This document shows positions 62,471-64,000 of a stretch of DNA of 64,000 bases, in pieces (within the stretch, counting starts at the first letter, position 1; each line of letters opens with the position of its first letter). The notes under the pieces were generated by a model. That model was not told where the DNA came from, ran no database searches, and saw only the letters and a program-made list of their open reading frames with translations. A program made the position numbers and the translations under genes. The stretch comes from Candidatus Micrarchaeota archaeon (GTDB lineage Archaea; Micrarchaeota; Micrarchaeia; Micrarchaeales; CABMGC01), in contig DAHXMA010000012.1 in the NCBI GenBank assembly GCA_027365725.1, positions 50,488 through 114,487 on the forward strand, given 5' to 3'.

Positions 62471-63583
62471 TCAAAAAACACCAAACCTCCTGCCTCCGCG
62501 CTGGCTAGGCTCTCCCTCCCTGCCCTTCCTGAACTCTTCAATCAAGTTCCTTTCCGTCTGCGTCATGGACTTTGGAAATTCTACATTTACTATCACTATT
62601 TCATCTCCAATGCCCCCAGAATTGAAATGCTTTATGCCCCAGCCTTTCATTACCAGCCTTGATCCCGGCGCAGTGCCCTGCGGTATGTCAACTTCCTTAG
62701 GCCCTTCCAAAGAAGGCACCCGTGCCTTACCGCCCAAAATTGCCGTGTAAAACGGCACCTTTGCGTTGGCTATTATATTGTATCCCTCGCGCTTTAGCTC
62801 TGCATCCTCCCTCTCTCTTATTTCTATGTAAAGGTCTCCGCTGCCGTCCCTGCCGAAATCCCCCATGCCCCTTAGCTTGAGCCTTGTGCCGCTGCTTATT
62901 CCTGCCGGTATTTTCACCTGGACCTTTTCCGTAGCTACAACGCCTCCCTTTCCGCTGCACACCCTGCATTTTCTTTCATATACCCTTCCCGTGCCAGAGC
63001 ACCTATTGCACGTGGTTGTTGTCTGTATCCTGCCGAAGAAAGACTCTCTGACCACGGTAACGCTGCCGCTTCCGCCGCATTCTGGGCATTTTAAGACCTT
63101 CGCTCCAGGCTCCCCCCCGCTTCCGCCGCACCGGTCGCATTCCTTTATATGCTTTATCTCAATCTCTTTTGATGCGCCTCTGGCAGATTCCAGCAGGGAT
63201 ATGTCAAGCCTATACAGTATGCTTCCTCCGACTTCGCCACCCTGCTGGCCCCCTCCAAACATCTGGCTGAATATATCATCCCCTCCAAAGCCAAAGTTTA
63301 TTCCCATATCCTTTAGCAGGTCCTGGATGTTCGACCCTCTGAATATGTCGTCAGTAGTGTACCTTCTGCTGAACCCTTCCGGCCCGTCTGCATCATACTG
63401 CTTCCTCTTTTCCTGGTCGCCCAGCACTGCGTAGGCCTCGTTTATCTGCTTAAATTTCTCCTCCGCCTCCTTGCTTTTATTCCTGTCTGGATGGTATTTT
63501 AGCGCAAGCTCACGGTATGCCTTCTTTATAGATTCCTGATCAGCGTCCTTTGGAACTCCAAGGACGCTGTAATAGTCAACCAT
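62471..63583 (-). CDS. dnaJ: Chaperone DnaJ
   Basis: J domain ([33 protein letters not shown]), G/F region, and four CxxCxGxG zinc motifs. Confidence 0.95.
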   Translation of the reverse strand: MVDYYSVLGVPKDADQESIKKAYRELALKYHPDRNKSKEAEEKFKQINEAYAVLGDQEKRKQYDADGPEGFSRRYTTDDIFRGSNIQDLLKDMGINFGFGGDDIFSQMFGGGQQGGEVGGSILYRLDISLLESARGASKEIEIKHIKECDRCGGSGGEPGAKVLKCPECGGSGSVTVVRESFFGRIQTTTTCNRCSGTGRVYERKCRVCSGKGGVVATEKVQVKIPAGISSGTRLKLRGMGDFGRDGSGDLYIEIREREDAELKREGYNIIANAKVPFYTAILGGKARVPSLEGPKEVDIPQGTAPGSRLVMKGWGIKHFNSGGIGDEIVIVNVEFPKSMTQTERNLIEEFRKGREGEPSQRGGRRFGVF

Positions 63584-63594
63584 TTATAGCACTG

Positions 63595-64000
63595 CTACTT
63601 TTTAACCTTGAAATCCGCATCTACCGAACCATCCTCTCCCGGCCCGCTGCCGCTTCCGTTACCTGCCCCTGCGCCGCCTTCTCCTTTCTCGCTTCCGCCG
63701 TCTCCGTGATACATCTGTGCGCCAATCTCCTGGAGAGCGTTCCTGAGGTTCTCATATTTCGCCTTTATCTGAGACGTGTCATTGCCTTTAAGCGCCTCCT
63801 CAAGCTCGCTTTTCGCCCCATCCACCTTGTCATACACTTCTTTAGGTATCTTGTCCTTGAACTCCTTGAGCGTTTTAGATGTGGTGTAGACCATAGTCTC
63901 TGCCTCATTCCTTGCCTGCGCCGCCTCAAGCACAGCCTTGTCTTCTTCAGCATGCGCCTCAGCCTCCTTTACCATGCGGTCTATGTCTTCCCTATTCATC
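63595..64000 (-). CDS. dnaK: Chaperone DnaK, C-terminal fragment (5' part outside window)
   Basis: EDIDRMVKEAEAHAEEDK...EARNEAETMVYTTSKTLKE is the DnaK lid/C-terminal region. The frame is open to the window edge. Confidence 0.9.
   Translation of the reverse strand, partial: MNREDIDRMVKEAEAHAEEDKAVLEAAQARNEAETMVYTTSKTLKEFKDKIPKEVYDKVDGAKSELEEALKGNDTSQIKAKYENLRNALQEIGAQMYHGDGGSEKGEGGAGAGNGSGSGPGEDGSVDADFKVKK

Overview
The window is a gene-dense archaeal chromosomal segment, roughly mid-40s % GC by eye, and almost all of it is housekeeping.

**Left half (1-32 kb)**
- metG 3' end, a C/D box sRNA, and a histone.
- The exosome superoperon on the minus strand: rpoP, an unknown gene, L37ae, Rrp42, Rrp41, Rrp4, SBDS, PsmA.
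- A Fic-HEAT/HAD operon, next to an AP-superfamily phosphodiesterase and a tandem-HIT protein.
- Mrp/NBP35, and Orc1/Cdc6 overlapping an Mre11-like nuclease.
- ADP-forming acetyl-CoA synthetase (beta and alpha subunits), a beta-CASP RNase, and a short SSB.
- gyrB and gyrA, and an Lhr helicase in an apparent operon with a wHTH protein and a heavily N-glycosylation-sequon-rich secreted protein.
- Prefoldin beta, RNase P proteins Rpp30 and Pop5, and TFE.

**Right half (33-64 kb)**
- A GINS-like gene, L44e, aIF2alpha and PAC2.
- A thermopsin-family protein, ilvE, an APC permease, tmk and dcd.
- A three-unit tRNA splicing endonuclease.
- Taw1, dph5 and radA.
- Split transketolase plus transaldolase.
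- An A24 prepilin peptidase, LigT and a GH15 enzyme.
- The rpoD-L18e-L13-S9-rpoN-S2 cluster, a pilin-like gene, dnaJ, and the dnaK 3' end.

**RNA genes and absences**
- Six tRNAs: Lys-CUU, iMet-CAU, Gly-CCC, Glu-UUC, Leu-GAG and a Pro-like tRNA.
- Two tRNAs carry introns that fold into bulge-helix-bulge (BHB) motifs: Gly at 37/38 and the Pro-like tRNA at 59/60 in the T-loop.
- I saw no rRNA, CRISPR array, integrase/transposase, or clear defence or mobile island.

**Likely source**
The content suggests an acidophilic DPANN (Micrarchaeota/ARMAN-like) or Thermoplasmata-related archaeon. The supporting items are thermopsin, gyrase, DnaK/J, the three-unit EndA and the non-canonical tRNA intron. This is inference only.

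**Most notable observations**
1. Strand composition inverts abruptly, from G/T-rich to A/C-rich on the + strand, at about 32-33 kb, centred on the tRNA-iMet spacers. This could be a replication-polarity switch, an inversion breakpoint or an assembly join.
2. A textbook C/D box sRNA sits directly against the histone start codon.
3. The intron-bearing tRNAs occur together with a multi-unit EndA.
4. A Fic protein has a non-canonical HPFEDGDGR motif, is fused to HEAT repeats, and is translationally coupled to a HAD hydrolase.

Start codons are often ambiguous. Many annotated ORF-track starts are TTG/GTG or upstream of the likely ATG.
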